Below are positions 56,249-64,000 of a stretch of DNA of 64,000 nucleotides, one piece after another. Positions within the stretch are counted from its first letter, which is position 1. Every line of letters begins with the position of its first letter. This stretch comes from a virus: positions 1,656 to 65,655 of IMG/VR virus record IMGVR_UViG_3300030617_000007; one strand, 5' to 3'. Under the pieces are notes generated by a model. That model was not told the origin of the DNA, ran no database searches, and saw only the letters and a program-made list of their open reading frames with translations. The position numbers and the translations under genes are program-made.

Positions 56249-56693
56249 ACCTGACGCACCCGAGTTTAGGGACTACCCAGGTCACCGTGTAGCACTGTTA
56301 GAAATTGAACCCTATGGTGGAAGCATCGTACTCCACCTGTGTGAAGACATACGCGCGGCATTCGAAGAATCCGGCCTGAAGGGAGACTTAGCCTCCGTGG
56401 CCGAAGCCTTCACTTGGATGAGCTCTGCGCGTATGGACGTACACGTATTCTATCCTGAGGGACCCACGGTCGGCACCATAGCGCACGAATCGCTGCATGC
56501 CGTTACCGAGGTGCTTACTAAAGCTGGCATCGAGTTTTGTGACCACACAGAGGAGGTATGGGCCTACCATCTGCAAAATGTCTGTGACCACACTATAGAT
56601 TTCGCGATGGAAGTAAAAAATATTGTGAAAAATAAGGCCTTGACAAAAAATAAACCTGCGCGTAGAGTCAAGACATCAGCAACACAGGCATAA
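56214..56693 (+). CDS. HExxH zincin-like hypothetical protein
   Basis: IAHESLHAV...EEVWAY. Confidence 0.5.
   Translation: MKRMPRLTGASKPDAPEFRDYPGHRVALLEIEPYGGSIVLHLCEDIRAAFEESGLKGDLASVAEAFTWMSSARMDVHVFYPEGPTVGTIAHESLHAVTEVLTKAGIEFCDHTEEVWAYHLQNVCDHTIDFAMEVKNIVKNKALTKNKPARRVKTSATQA
56640..56668 (+). promoter_or_regulatory. Sigma70-type promoter
   Basis: TTGACA-N17-TAGAGT. Confidence 0.65.
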
Positions 56694-56716
56694 CCCAAAC
56701 AACCAACAGGAGAAAC

Positions 56717-56869
56717 ATGGAAGACTACTTCGACGCGCCAATCGTCCCTCTCGCACAAGCACTCGAAAACAGCCGGATCATGGGTGACTATTACCGAGAC
56801 CTCGCCAACAACTACGACGATTACACGACAGGTAAAAGGGCGTGGCCGTATCAGCCCAGCCTGAATTAG
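56717..56869 (+). CDS. Small hypothetical protein (50 aa)
   Basis: SD AGGAG; not in ORF track. Confidence 0.55.
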   Translation: MEDYFDAPIVPLAQALENSRIMGDYYRDLANNYDDYTTGKRAWPYQPSLN

Positions 56870-56870
56870 C

Positions 56871-56899
56871 TTGACAAAGGAAAGTAACTTAGGTATGAT
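56871..56899 (+). promoter_or_regulatory. Sigma70-type promoter
   Basis: TTGACA-N17-TATGAT. Confidence 0.7.
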
Positions 56900-56909
56900 T
56901 GAGAAATCA

Positions 56910-57221
56910 ATGGCATTCGAGAAAGTAGACAGGACGTTTTGGCAGGGAACACTATTCAACTACCAAGACTTAGGACCGGCAATCAAAGGCGGGAAGACCC
57001 ACAAATTTAGGGTTATATCCCGCAAGCGCAGAGATGTGGGTACCCATGTTGGTTATATTCGATGGGCCAACCCTTCAAACTGCATGTCCTTCTACCCGCT
57101 CGTGCCTATGCTTTCACCGACCGATATGGAAGAGCTAGCAGCATTCTCAAAAGAGCGTACCGATACGCATCTGGCAACCACGGACTACGGGGCGGGAAGA
57201 CCGCCAGGGAGAAAGAAGTAA
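56910..57221 (+). CDS. Hypothetical protein
   Basis: ATG at 56910 downstream of the promoter. Confidence 0.5.
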   Translation: MAFEKVDRTFWQGTLFNYQDLGPAIKGGKTHKFRVISRKRRDVGTHVGYIRWANPSNCMSFYPLVPMLSPTDMEELAAFSKERTDTHLATTDYGAGRPPGRKK

Positions 57222-57284
57222 TGGGAATAGGATTGATCCTGCTCTTTGGTCTTGCACTGTATTTAAAAAAGCGCAAGAAAGACC

Positions 57285-57314
57285 TTGACACACCAACCAG
57301 ACTTGAAGTAAGGT
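57285..57314 (+). promoter_or_regulatory. Probable promoter of the tmRNA gene
   Basis: TTGACA-N18-TAAGGT immediately upstream of the acceptor piece. Confidence 0.55.
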
Positions 57315-57319
57315 ATACA

Positions 57320-57690
57320 GAAGACATCTCGGACAAAACACTCGTCCGGTAACACACGTAGAAGGTTGCTTGTTATTGTCGGCGGACGCGAGGGCAGAAC
57401 TCGCCACCTCCACCATAAATTGATCTTGATTCGATTATGGGGGTGACTCAGTTTCGACGGCGGCTGATAGTGGGTACAACTTGCGTGTCGGGAATTTGTT
57501 AGCTTCGCCCGTAAAAAGAAACTCGCAAAAAGAAATGTCACGAACAATGACGAAATGGCTTCGATCCGCAACATGGTGATGTTCCCCTCGGCTTCGGCTG
57601 GGCACGACATCGACACCAAGGTGCGAGTAGCCGATCTGGTTGCAGCCTAAGCTGCTAAGGTAGTCCCTGCCTCACAGGGACACACATTGA
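57320..57690 (+). ncRNA. ssrA: Circularly permuted (two-piece) tmRNA: acceptor piece ~57320-57415, 23-nt intervening segment, coding piece from 57439 (3' end uncertain, possibly up to 57894)
   Basis: GGACGCGAG-GGCAGAA-CTCGC-CACCTCC-A-CCA precedes GGGGGTGACTCAGTTTCGAC; 7-bp acceptor stem with G3-U70; tag frame ends VAA*. Confidence 0.88.
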
Positions 57691-57929
57691 AGTCTAGACC
57701 CGCCTCCTAAAAAGAGCAATCTCCGGTGCCATCGTGCTCGGAAGTAATGGCGCACTCCATCCCTAAGCTGAGACCCAGTAAGGGCGCTGAGAAGGTGTGC
57801 GGCGGTAGTCGGGCATTTGCAGCAATGGGAACGGCTGGCCAGTTAGTTCGGGGCACCCAAGGGGCGGGTTCAGGCGGGTTTCGCCGCTCCACCAAATTGA
57901 AACAAATACGTAACAAGAATCGAGAAACT

Positions 57930-58550
57930 ATGACACCGAACATTCATTTCACCAGCGACGAACATTTCGGACATCGAAACGTAATGCTCGGCTTTCTAGA
58001 TCACAAGACCGGTCTACCAACCTCAAAGCCTCGTCCCTGGGGGACTCTCGAAGAGATGACTGAGGGAATGATCGACCGGCACAATTATGTCGTCAAGTCC
58101 GGTGACCTCGTGTACCATTTGGGAGACGCTTTTTGGAGAACTTTTGGCGTCGACAATGCAATTGAAGTCATGCAACGTCTAAACGGGAACCACTACTACA
58201 TCTTCGGCAACCATGAAGAGTTGTTTGAAGAGGCTGGGCGTTCGGTGACTCTCAAGCATCAGTTTGTGTGGTTGAAGGATCGTGCGAAGCTAAAGGTTCA
58301 GCTCGATCCTACGAAGTCCAAGAAGCAGATGATCGTGCTCGATCACTTTGCCGGGCGTGTGTGGGATAAGTCTCATAGCGGATCGTGGCAGTTATATGGC
58401 CACAGTCACGGCGCTCTACCTGAGCAGGACGACCTCCTGTCGTTCGACGTAGGAGTCGATGCAAACAACTGGTATCCGGTATCCATCGAAGAGGTGGCGC
58501 AGCGGATGTCTCTCAAGGGAAAGCCGAATCGTTTCGGCCAACACGGATAA
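57930..58550 (+). CDS. Calcineurin-like metallophosphoesterase
   Basis: FTSDEHFGH, YHLGD, GNHE, LYGHSHG, FDVGVD; real start is ATG 57930. Confidence 0.9.
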   Translation: MTPNIHFTSDEHFGHRNVMLGFLDHKTGLPTSKPRPWGTLEEMTEGMIDRHNYVVKSGDLVYHLGDAFWRTFGVDNAIEVMQRLNGNHYYIFGNHEELFEEAGRSVTLKHQFVWLKDRAKLKVQLDPTKSKKQMIVLDHFAGRVWDKSHSGSWQLYGHSHGALPEQDDLLSFDVGVDANNWYPVSIEEVAQRMSLKGKPNRFGQHG

Positions 58551-58559
58551 GGATCAGGC

Positions 58560-59243
58560 GTGGCTTATAAAGGTATAGGAGAATCGGTAGCGGCTTTGAA
58601 GAAGGTCACAGGTACCGACTTAGATCACCTAAAAGCCACGCCTATTTCTCTCGAAGAGTTCAAAGCTAAACAGGCCGCTAACCAGCATCTTGTAACTCCG
58701 GTGTTCAAGCCTAAGTCACCACAATGGATACAACCGGGGTCGTACAAATCCAGCAAGCCACAAATGTTCATTCTTCCGAAAAAGGAAGCTCCACCAAAAG
58801 AACATATCGGAGATTGGGAAAGAGCAATGCCACCTGAAGGAACCGCAGTAGACTACATCCTCGACGGCATCACGACAAAGCTAGGGGTATCTACGCCGCC
58901 CAAGCTCGTGCATGAGTGCCATCCCGGTCTGATGGATCGTGTATCGATGGCGACGAACGATAACGTTCAACTTCAGAATCGTTCCATGCACTATGGCTCT
59001 TCGTTCGACTACCGACTATACTGCGACCGCTGCAAGCAAACTCAGGTTCTTCTCACGACGCAAGTCAATCACGTCGAAGACCCCGACGACGCTATAGTAG
59101 CCTTCTGCATGGCTCACCAGCACAACGGAAAAGCAAATAACGCGTTGAAGGTGCTGTCGGCCTTTGCAAACGTATCGTATTCGGAGGCGGGTTCGTTGGA
59201 GCCAAAAGCTACGCGTAAATTCCGCGATGATGGAGATGAATGA
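58560..59243 (+). CDS. Hypothetical protein (Zn motif) ending RKFRDDGDE
   Basis: CDRC...FCMAHQH; SD AGG. Confidence 0.55.
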   Translation: MAYKGIGESVAALKKVTGTDLDHLKATPISLEEFKAKQAANQHLVTPVFKPKSPQWIQPGSYKSSKPQMFILPKKEAPPKEHIGDWERAMPPEGTAVDYILDGITTKLGVSTPPKLVHECHPGLMDRVSMATNDNVQLQNRSMHYGSSFDYRLYCDRCKQTQVLLTTQVNHVEDPDDAIVAFCMAHQHNGKANNALKVLSAFANVSYSEAGSLEPKATRKFRDDGDE

Positions 59244-59508
59244 TATCCTCTCTTATGAGCCTCTTGAACCAGGGTTTCTCACCGTTGCCGAACGAGCCAA
59301 AAGAGCCCGAGTCAGTGAAGCAAACGCTAGGGCCAAGTTCGTTGGAGAAGCTAGAACCTACCTCAGTCTCCAAACTAGCATCTACGACTTGCCCATCCAT
59401 GGGCTTGTACGTCCCGTTGGATATAAATTCAGACCCTTTATGGAAGCCGTGGCCGAGCAGTCCAATAAATCCAAACTACGTTTTAGACTATTCCGAGATG
59501 AAGACTAA
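59230..59508 (+). CDS. Probable hypothetical protein in alternative frame, ending RLFRDED
   Basis: Frame is open 59164-59508 and ends in the same motif as both neighbours. Confidence 0.5.
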   Translation: MEMNDILSYEPLEPGFLTVAERAKRARVSEANARAKFVGEARTYLSLQTSIYDLPIHGLVRPVGYKFRPFMEAVAEQSNKSKLRFRLFRDED

Positions 59509-60202
59509 ACAAGAGCCTAAGAACTTAAATACCGATCCTACTACACCGCCGATCACCTTCGAGTACCGATGGAGTCTATGGGGAGGAGGGCCGTGTCTCA
59601 TTCAGGAAGACCTATGCTACGTATTCCCAGAAGCCACTACAGTAGAGGATTTGGTATCAAAACACTTGGCATATCTTCCACCTGGTAGGACACTCAAGGA
59701 CATGGCGTACGTCTCCGCAGTCATGCCGTACAAAAAGCAGTCAGAAGTCCCGAAGCTCCCGCCCGACGACACGCTCGTGGTTCCGGCCAAAACTTATAAG
59801 GGTGTTCTTTCCACCCCGAAATTTTCAGACCCTTCTCAGCAGATAGCTTCGGCGGCCAGCTACTACGAGCAGAAGATGGGGGGTAGCTATGCAAACCAGC
59901 AGGCCAATGCTAATGCGCTCTTTGGTCTTGGGTATGGACAATCAGGACTATCCAGTATCGGGGGTATTCCAGACAGCGTCATTCAGGCCGGACTAGAAGC
60001 TCAGGCTTATAAGAAATCCGTACCATCCATGCTCACGTACTCACCAAAGAAGATCACTCCTTTGGCGTCGCTAACTCCCGAGCAGATCAAAGCAATAAAG
60101 GACGGAGCGATGGATCATTTGCTTGACAAAGAGGATCAGGCTCCTGTAGAATTGGAAGTAGTAACAGTCCCAACGGGTAGAAAGTTTAGAGACGAGGACT
60201 AA
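59498..60202 (+). CDS. Hypothetical protein ending GRKFRDED (ORF track starts it at 59240)
   Basis: ATG 59498 overlaps the end of the preceding alternative-frame ORF. Confidence 0.55.
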   Translation: MKTKQEPKNLNTDPTTPPITFEYRWSLWGGGPCLIQEDLCYVFPEATTVEDLVSKHLAYLPPGRTLKDMAYVSAVMPYKKQSEVPKLPPDDTLVVPAKTYKGVLSTPKFSDPSQQIASAASYYEQKMGGSYANQQANANALFGLGYGQSGLSSIGGIPDSVIQAGLEAQAYKKSVPSMLTYSPKKITPLASLTPEQIKAIKDGAMDHLLDKEDQAPVELEVVTVPTGRKFRDED

Positions 60203-60384
60203 TGATGATTTTCGCATTCCTAGTGTATCTCCTGATCGGGGCTATTTGGATCGGTATTATAATGACCGAGGCCATACAGCAAGGCGAGTTTGAAAGCAAT
60301 AAGCCTATTTTGGTATTCATGGCTATGGTCACGGCTATTCTGTTCTGGCCGGTTATCTTTGTGATGATTGCGATGGAGGACTGA
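60202..60384 (+). CDS. Small two-TM membrane protein
   Basis: Two hydrophobic helices. Confidence 0.55.
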   Translation: MMIFAFLVYLLIGAIWIGIIMTEAIQQGEFESNKPILVFMAMVTAILFWPVIFVMIAMED

Positions 60385-60539
60385 TGAACTCAGGCGGTGG
60401 CGCTAGGACTTGTACAGTGAAGTGTGCAAAATGTTTGAAACCTGTTGTCTGGAATATAGACATAGGTCAATGGGAGCACGTCGACAACGCGTCGAAGTGC
60501 AGATACAAAGGCGTGCCAATAGCAGGAGAGGCAAGATAA
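60384..60539 (+). CDS. Small Zn-ribbon-like protein (51 aa)
   Basis: CAKC; TGATG overlap, SD GGAGGA; not in ORF track. Confidence 0.5.
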   Translation: MNSGGGARTCTVKCAKCLKPVVWNIDIGQWEHVDNASKCRYKGVPIAGEAR

Positions 60540-60541
60540 GC

Positions 60542-61594
60542 ATGAGCGAGAGCGTAGTAGTCAAGATCAAATTTGGCAGTCACCTTTACGGCACGAGCAC
60601 ACCCTGGTCCGATACCGATTACAAGTCTGTGTACCTGCCATCTGCCTCCGACATCCTGCTTGGCCGGGTGAAGAAGACCATGCGTGAGGGACGTCGCGAT
60701 AAGGCCGAGGGTGAGAAGAACCTGCCTACCGACATCGACAACGAAGCCTATAGCCTAGACTACTTTTTCGAGCTGCTTGCTTCCGGTCAGACTGTGGCTA
60801 TCGACATGCTCTTCGCACCGGAACCCGAGATCACCTCGCCTACCTGGAAGATGATCCAGCGGAATCGTGACAAACTTATCACGAAGAAGGCTAGCGTGTT
60901 CCTGGGCTACTGCCGTCAGCAGGCGAACAAGTATGGGATTAAAGGGAGCCGAGTTGCGGCGGCTCGTGCGGCGGCATCGTTCTTCAAGCAGGCCTATGAG
61001 ACGTGTGGGGCAACCTTCAAAGTTGAAGGTATGTCAGATTATATCCCAGGCTTAGTCAGAATCCATCCAGATCACATGGCGATCACTCATTACGACGATC
61101 CGAAAGGCGTGCGACCGAGCGAGGTGTACTTCGAGTGCTGCAATCGGAAAGTCCCGTTCAAAGCTTCGGTCAAGTTGGCTGCTGAAATCTTCACCAAGAT
61201 ATTCGAGAACTACGGAGCGCGTGCTCTCCAGGCTGAGTCGAATGAAGGTGTAGACTGGAAGGCTCTGTCCCACGCCGTCCGCGTCGGTCACGAAGCCCTC
61301 GAACTCATGTCCACCGGCAAGGTCACGTTCCCGCTGCACAACGCGGCGCACGTCCTAGAGATCAAGCAGGGAAAACTTCCCTACGAACAGGTCTCGAAAG
61401 AGATCGAGGACTTGCTCGACACGGTGGAGGCTGCGGAAAAGATTTCTGTGCTCCGCGATGAGCCGGACTACGAATGGATTGACAGATTCGTGAAACGAGA
61501 GCATAGTTACATCGTGCGACATGCATCCTACGCCGAAATAGAGGGCAGCAACAAAGGGAAGACTGACGTAGTATTCTCTGGCCCGATCTGCTAA
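60542..61594 (+). CDS. Pol-beta superfamily nucleotidyltransferase (RlaP/Nuc-transf-like)
   Basis: FGSHLYGTSTPWSDTDY (GS-x-DxD), LGYCRQQANKY, DWKALSHAVR. Confidence 0.8.
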   Translation: MSESVVVKIKFGSHLYGTSTPWSDTDYKSVYLPSASDILLGRVKKTMREGRRDKAEGEKNLPTDIDNEAYSLDYFFELLASGQTVAIDMLFAPEPEITSPTWKMIQRNRDKLITKKASVFLGYCRQQANKYGIKGSRVAAARAAASFFKQAYETCGATFKVEGMSDYIPGLVRIHPDHMAITHYDDPKGVRPSEVYFECCNRKVPFKASVKLAAEIFTKIFENYGARALQAESNEGVDWKALSHAVRVGHEALELMSTGKVTFPLHNAAHVLEIKQGKLPYEQVSKEIEDLLDTVEAAEKISVLRDEPDYEWIDRFVKREHSYIVRHASYAEIEGSNKGKTDVVFSGPIC

Positions 61595-61597
61595 CCA

Positions 61598-62692
61598 ATG
61601 GCAACTCAAACCGGAGTGAACATAGAAATGGCGTATCCACAGAAGGCCGAACTGAAAGCCGCATCTGAAGCTAACGACGAGCAAATCGGCTTTGAGATTT
61701 TGAAGCTGATGAAGATGGTCTTTGGCGACGGGCGCGGCTTTGCGCATCAGCTACCTTTGCAGACCATAGATCCAAACCACCGTGTTCAGTTTGGATGGCA
61801 TGATCCTGTAGACGGCTCTCGGCAGATTTGGCACGGAAGCTCTTGGACCGATGCCTGGGAAAGCTACCTCAAGACTTCGGTACCCGAGACAGGTCCGTGG
61901 GTGAACTGTGACGGTAGACCTTTCACCGATGCGTTTCACTTCCAAGCCACTCCATTACCCTCCGCCATGGCGACGCTGGGCGCGGCGTTGCAGTCGGAGC
62001 CTGATCCAGATATCTACGAGGTAAAGAACTCGAAGAACTTCAAGTCCTTCGAGTCCAAAGGCTTCGACGCGGCGGTAGGTTACAACATCAAATTCAATAG
62101 CAGTCCCAGCCCGTATAGTAACACCAAGATCATAAATGGTAGTGGTATGGTTCTCCCTGTGCAGAGCGTCTACGTCAACCTACCGGCTCCGCTTGATCCA
62201 CCGGCACCGAAGTACGTCGAGAAGACAGACTACGTTGAAGACCCTTCGACCGGCGCATACAAATACTACACCTACAAGGTACCGGCTCCGCAGGTTACCC
62301 AGAAATCTTATCCTGATCCGATCCAGCCTCCGTCTTGGGGCACAAACCTAAACCTAAAGACGGCAGTTCCGATGAAGTCTCCGGCCAATCTCAAAGACAA
62401 GCCCTTCATCTTCGAGATCGTGTCCGAAGGCCGACAGCAGAACTACATCCAAGCGCGCATCGACGTGCTCAACGGACTAGCGCTTCTGGCACCGAAGGAC
62501 AAGATGCAATACTTGAGCCAGAAGCAGGACAGTATGCGGAACGACATCGAGTCCAGACTGCACACCCACGGTGTCGGCAAGGTGGAGATCATGGAACTCT
62601 TGAATACGCTTGACGTTCGGGCGATTCAGCAGTACCATAAGCAAGCTGGAGTCATTCCCAGCACTGACACTGGAGGTGACAATATGACCTAA
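61598..62692 (+). CDS. Hypothetical Pro-rich protein
   Basis: 364-aa ORF. Confidence 0.55.
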   Translation: MATQTGVNIEMAYPQKAELKAASEANDEQIGFEILKLMKMVFGDGRGFAHQLPLQTIDPNHRVQFGWHDPVDGSRQIWHGSSWTDAWESYLKTSVPETGPWVNCDGRPFTDAFHFQATPLPSAMATLGAALQSEPDPDIYEVKNSKNFKSFESKGFDAAVGYNIKFNSSPSPYSNTKIINGSGMVLPVQSVYVNLPAPLDPPAPKYVEKTDYVEDPSTGAYKYYTYKVPAPQVTQKSYPDPIQPPSWGTNLNLKTAVPMKSPANLKDKPFIFEIVSEGRQQNYIQARIDVLNGLALLAPKDKMQYLSQKQDSMRNDIESRLHTHGVGKVEIMELLNTLDVRAIQQYHKQAGVIPSTDTGGDNMT

Positions 62693-62708
62693 CACGATGG
62701 CGACGGCC

Positions 62709-62737
62709 TTACGATAGATGAAACCTATAGATAAAAT
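62709..62737 (+). promoter_or_regulatory. Candidate promoter for the large ncRNA
   Basis: TTACGA-N17-TAAAAT. Confidence 0.4.
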
Positions 62738-62754
62738 AAAAAGTATATAAGAAC

Positions 62755-63425
62755 ATTCGGATAGGCATAGAGTATCCTACTCCGGCGCAGCACCCCTTGT
62801 ACGTAGGAAAAGTTATCTGACATGTCGCTCTCGGCAGAGTGAGACCCGGCTGACCCCGGCAGTCATCCACCGAGTTCACGTCAGACGGACAGCCTTTGAT
62901 CGTAAAGGACCATACCCACGAGAACCGGCCAGAAGCGAGACGGCATAGTGCCTATCTCGTGTTGTAACCGGCATAGCCCCTAGACCCAAGGAACCCGAGC
63001 GCGTGTGCGTCGAAGGTCCGAACCCAACACCTGAAATCCCCCGAACTCGGTCACCCTGTCACATTCCAATATGCCACCGTGATAAAGTATGGTTCACGGA
63101 ACTAAAGGGACACAGGCTAAAAGGCGAGAGCGAAATTGGAACAGGTTAGGGTAAGGAAACCACGAGGAAGCGTTCTCGACTGACTTGGCTAGGGGCTTCT
63201 CCATTCTCCACCCATACCCATACCCATAAGAGACCGGACACCTTTCTGGAGCAGCGAGAGCCGATCCCTGATCGGGTCGAGCGCACAGCCCATGCTATTC
63301 TCCTCGCTGCATAGACGAGGTGAAAAAGCGTGAGCGAGTTGGCGAGTGTGAGGGCTTCCGAAGGAAGGCCGATCCGAGCAGAACGAGAGAACGGTTTATC
63401 GCCGAGTGCTTCCTGTAGTAGTCTC
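62755..63425 (+). ncRNA. Candidate large structured ncRNA (~670 nt)
   Basis: No credible ORF; nested long-range stems, e.g. 62975-62983/63189-63197, 63064-63070/63135-63141, 63251-63258/63303-63310; G-U pairs favour the + strand. Confidence 0.55.
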
Positions 63426-63446
63426 TGGGAACCTCCGGCCCATACA

Positions 63447-64000
63447 GCCCTCAAGAGCCCTCAAGAGCACCTTACCCCAGATAACCTGCCCTCAAGAGCA
63501 CCATGGGCCTCATGGCTTCAGCATACCCCCTTCCAAGACACCCCCACCACCCTATCTGGAATCACCTACCCCTCATCTCCCCTACCAAGTACCATCCTAT
63601 CCCTCAAGAAACTAGGAAAACTTCTCCCATAAGTACCCCTTCGGTACTGACCCCCTATAAGGCCACTATATATGGTACCTATGGTGTACATATCCCTATA
63701 TATGCCTATCATATACGGTCCCTTTACGGTCCCTTTAGGGTCCCTTGCTATCATATATGGGACCCTATCCCTATTAGTTCCGTATACGTACGTGTCCCTC
63801 CTGTACCACCACGCTGGCCGCGACAGCTCAGGCTGAGCGAGTGGGTGTGGGGGAATCCCCCGACCCGGCCTTGTCGCGATACTTCTTAGAGACTCCCTAT
63901 TGCTGATTCTAAAGGACTTGCTCCTCCTGCTGCTCTATTCCCTAATCGTTTTTCGTACCCCTGACTCACGTACCCCTATACGCGTCAAAGACTTGTAACG
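63447..64000. repeat. C-rich short direct-repeat region (possible pac/terminal/origin region)
   Basis: CCCTCAAGAG at 63448, 63458, 63489 (and 9/10 at 63601); GGTCCCTT at 63717, 63728, 63739. Confidence 0.55.

Noticed and set aside
57726-57929. N-terminal extension of the phosphoesterase ORF
   Set aside because: It overlaps the structured RNA downstream of the tmRNA tag; the domain starts at ATG 57930
60410-60541. N-terminal extension of the nucleotidyltransferase ORF
   Set aside because: A separate small gene (60384..60539) with SD occupies this interval; the real start is 60542
62755-63425. RNase P RNA or group II intron
   Set aside because: No GAGGAAAGUCC/P4 signature and no canonical domain V (AGC triad with GNRA and bulge); it does not interrupt a gene
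63447-63750. CRISPR array
   Set aside because: The repeats are 8-12 nt and mostly adjacent, with no 25-40 nt repeat/unique spacer pattern and no cas genes

Overview
The window is ~64 kb of a tailed dsDNA phage genome, probably short-tailed (podovirus-like). It has an N4-gp56-type major capsid protein, portal, terminase, three large ejection-type proteins and no tape-measure protein. It has three blocks. (1) 1-8.2 kb (+): helicase C-terminus, kinase-like protein, EndoVII, Mom-like DNA modifier, RecA, lysozyme, MazG-like protein, phosphoesterase. (2) 8.2-53.2 kb (-): class II RNR, nucleotide-metabolism and lysis genes, the whole virion morphogenesis cluster, DSP phosphatase, GT31 glycosyltransferase, tRNAs, JAB protein, RNase H. 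(3) 53.5-64 kb (+): family A DNA polymerase, tmRNA, phosphoesterase, nucleotidyltransferase and a 1.3 kb ORF-free end. The ORF track misses a rich RNA layer. This includes a circularly permuted (two-piece) tmRNA gene with an unusually long 41-aa tag and a second downstream G3-U70/ACCA minihelix, and a 223-nt ORF-less group I intron splitting the portal gene, with exact splice sites recoverable. It also includes a ~670-nt candidate large structured ncRNA, two tRNAs, a tRNA-like element with an expanded anticodon loop, and several structured late-gene leaders. Other oddities are three adjacent proteins sharing a C-terminal R(K/L)FRD(E/D) tag (one hidden in an alternative frame), leaderless sigma70-type promoters and homing-endonuclease remnants. 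All product calls come from motif recognition by eye; no database searches were run and the host cannot be determined.
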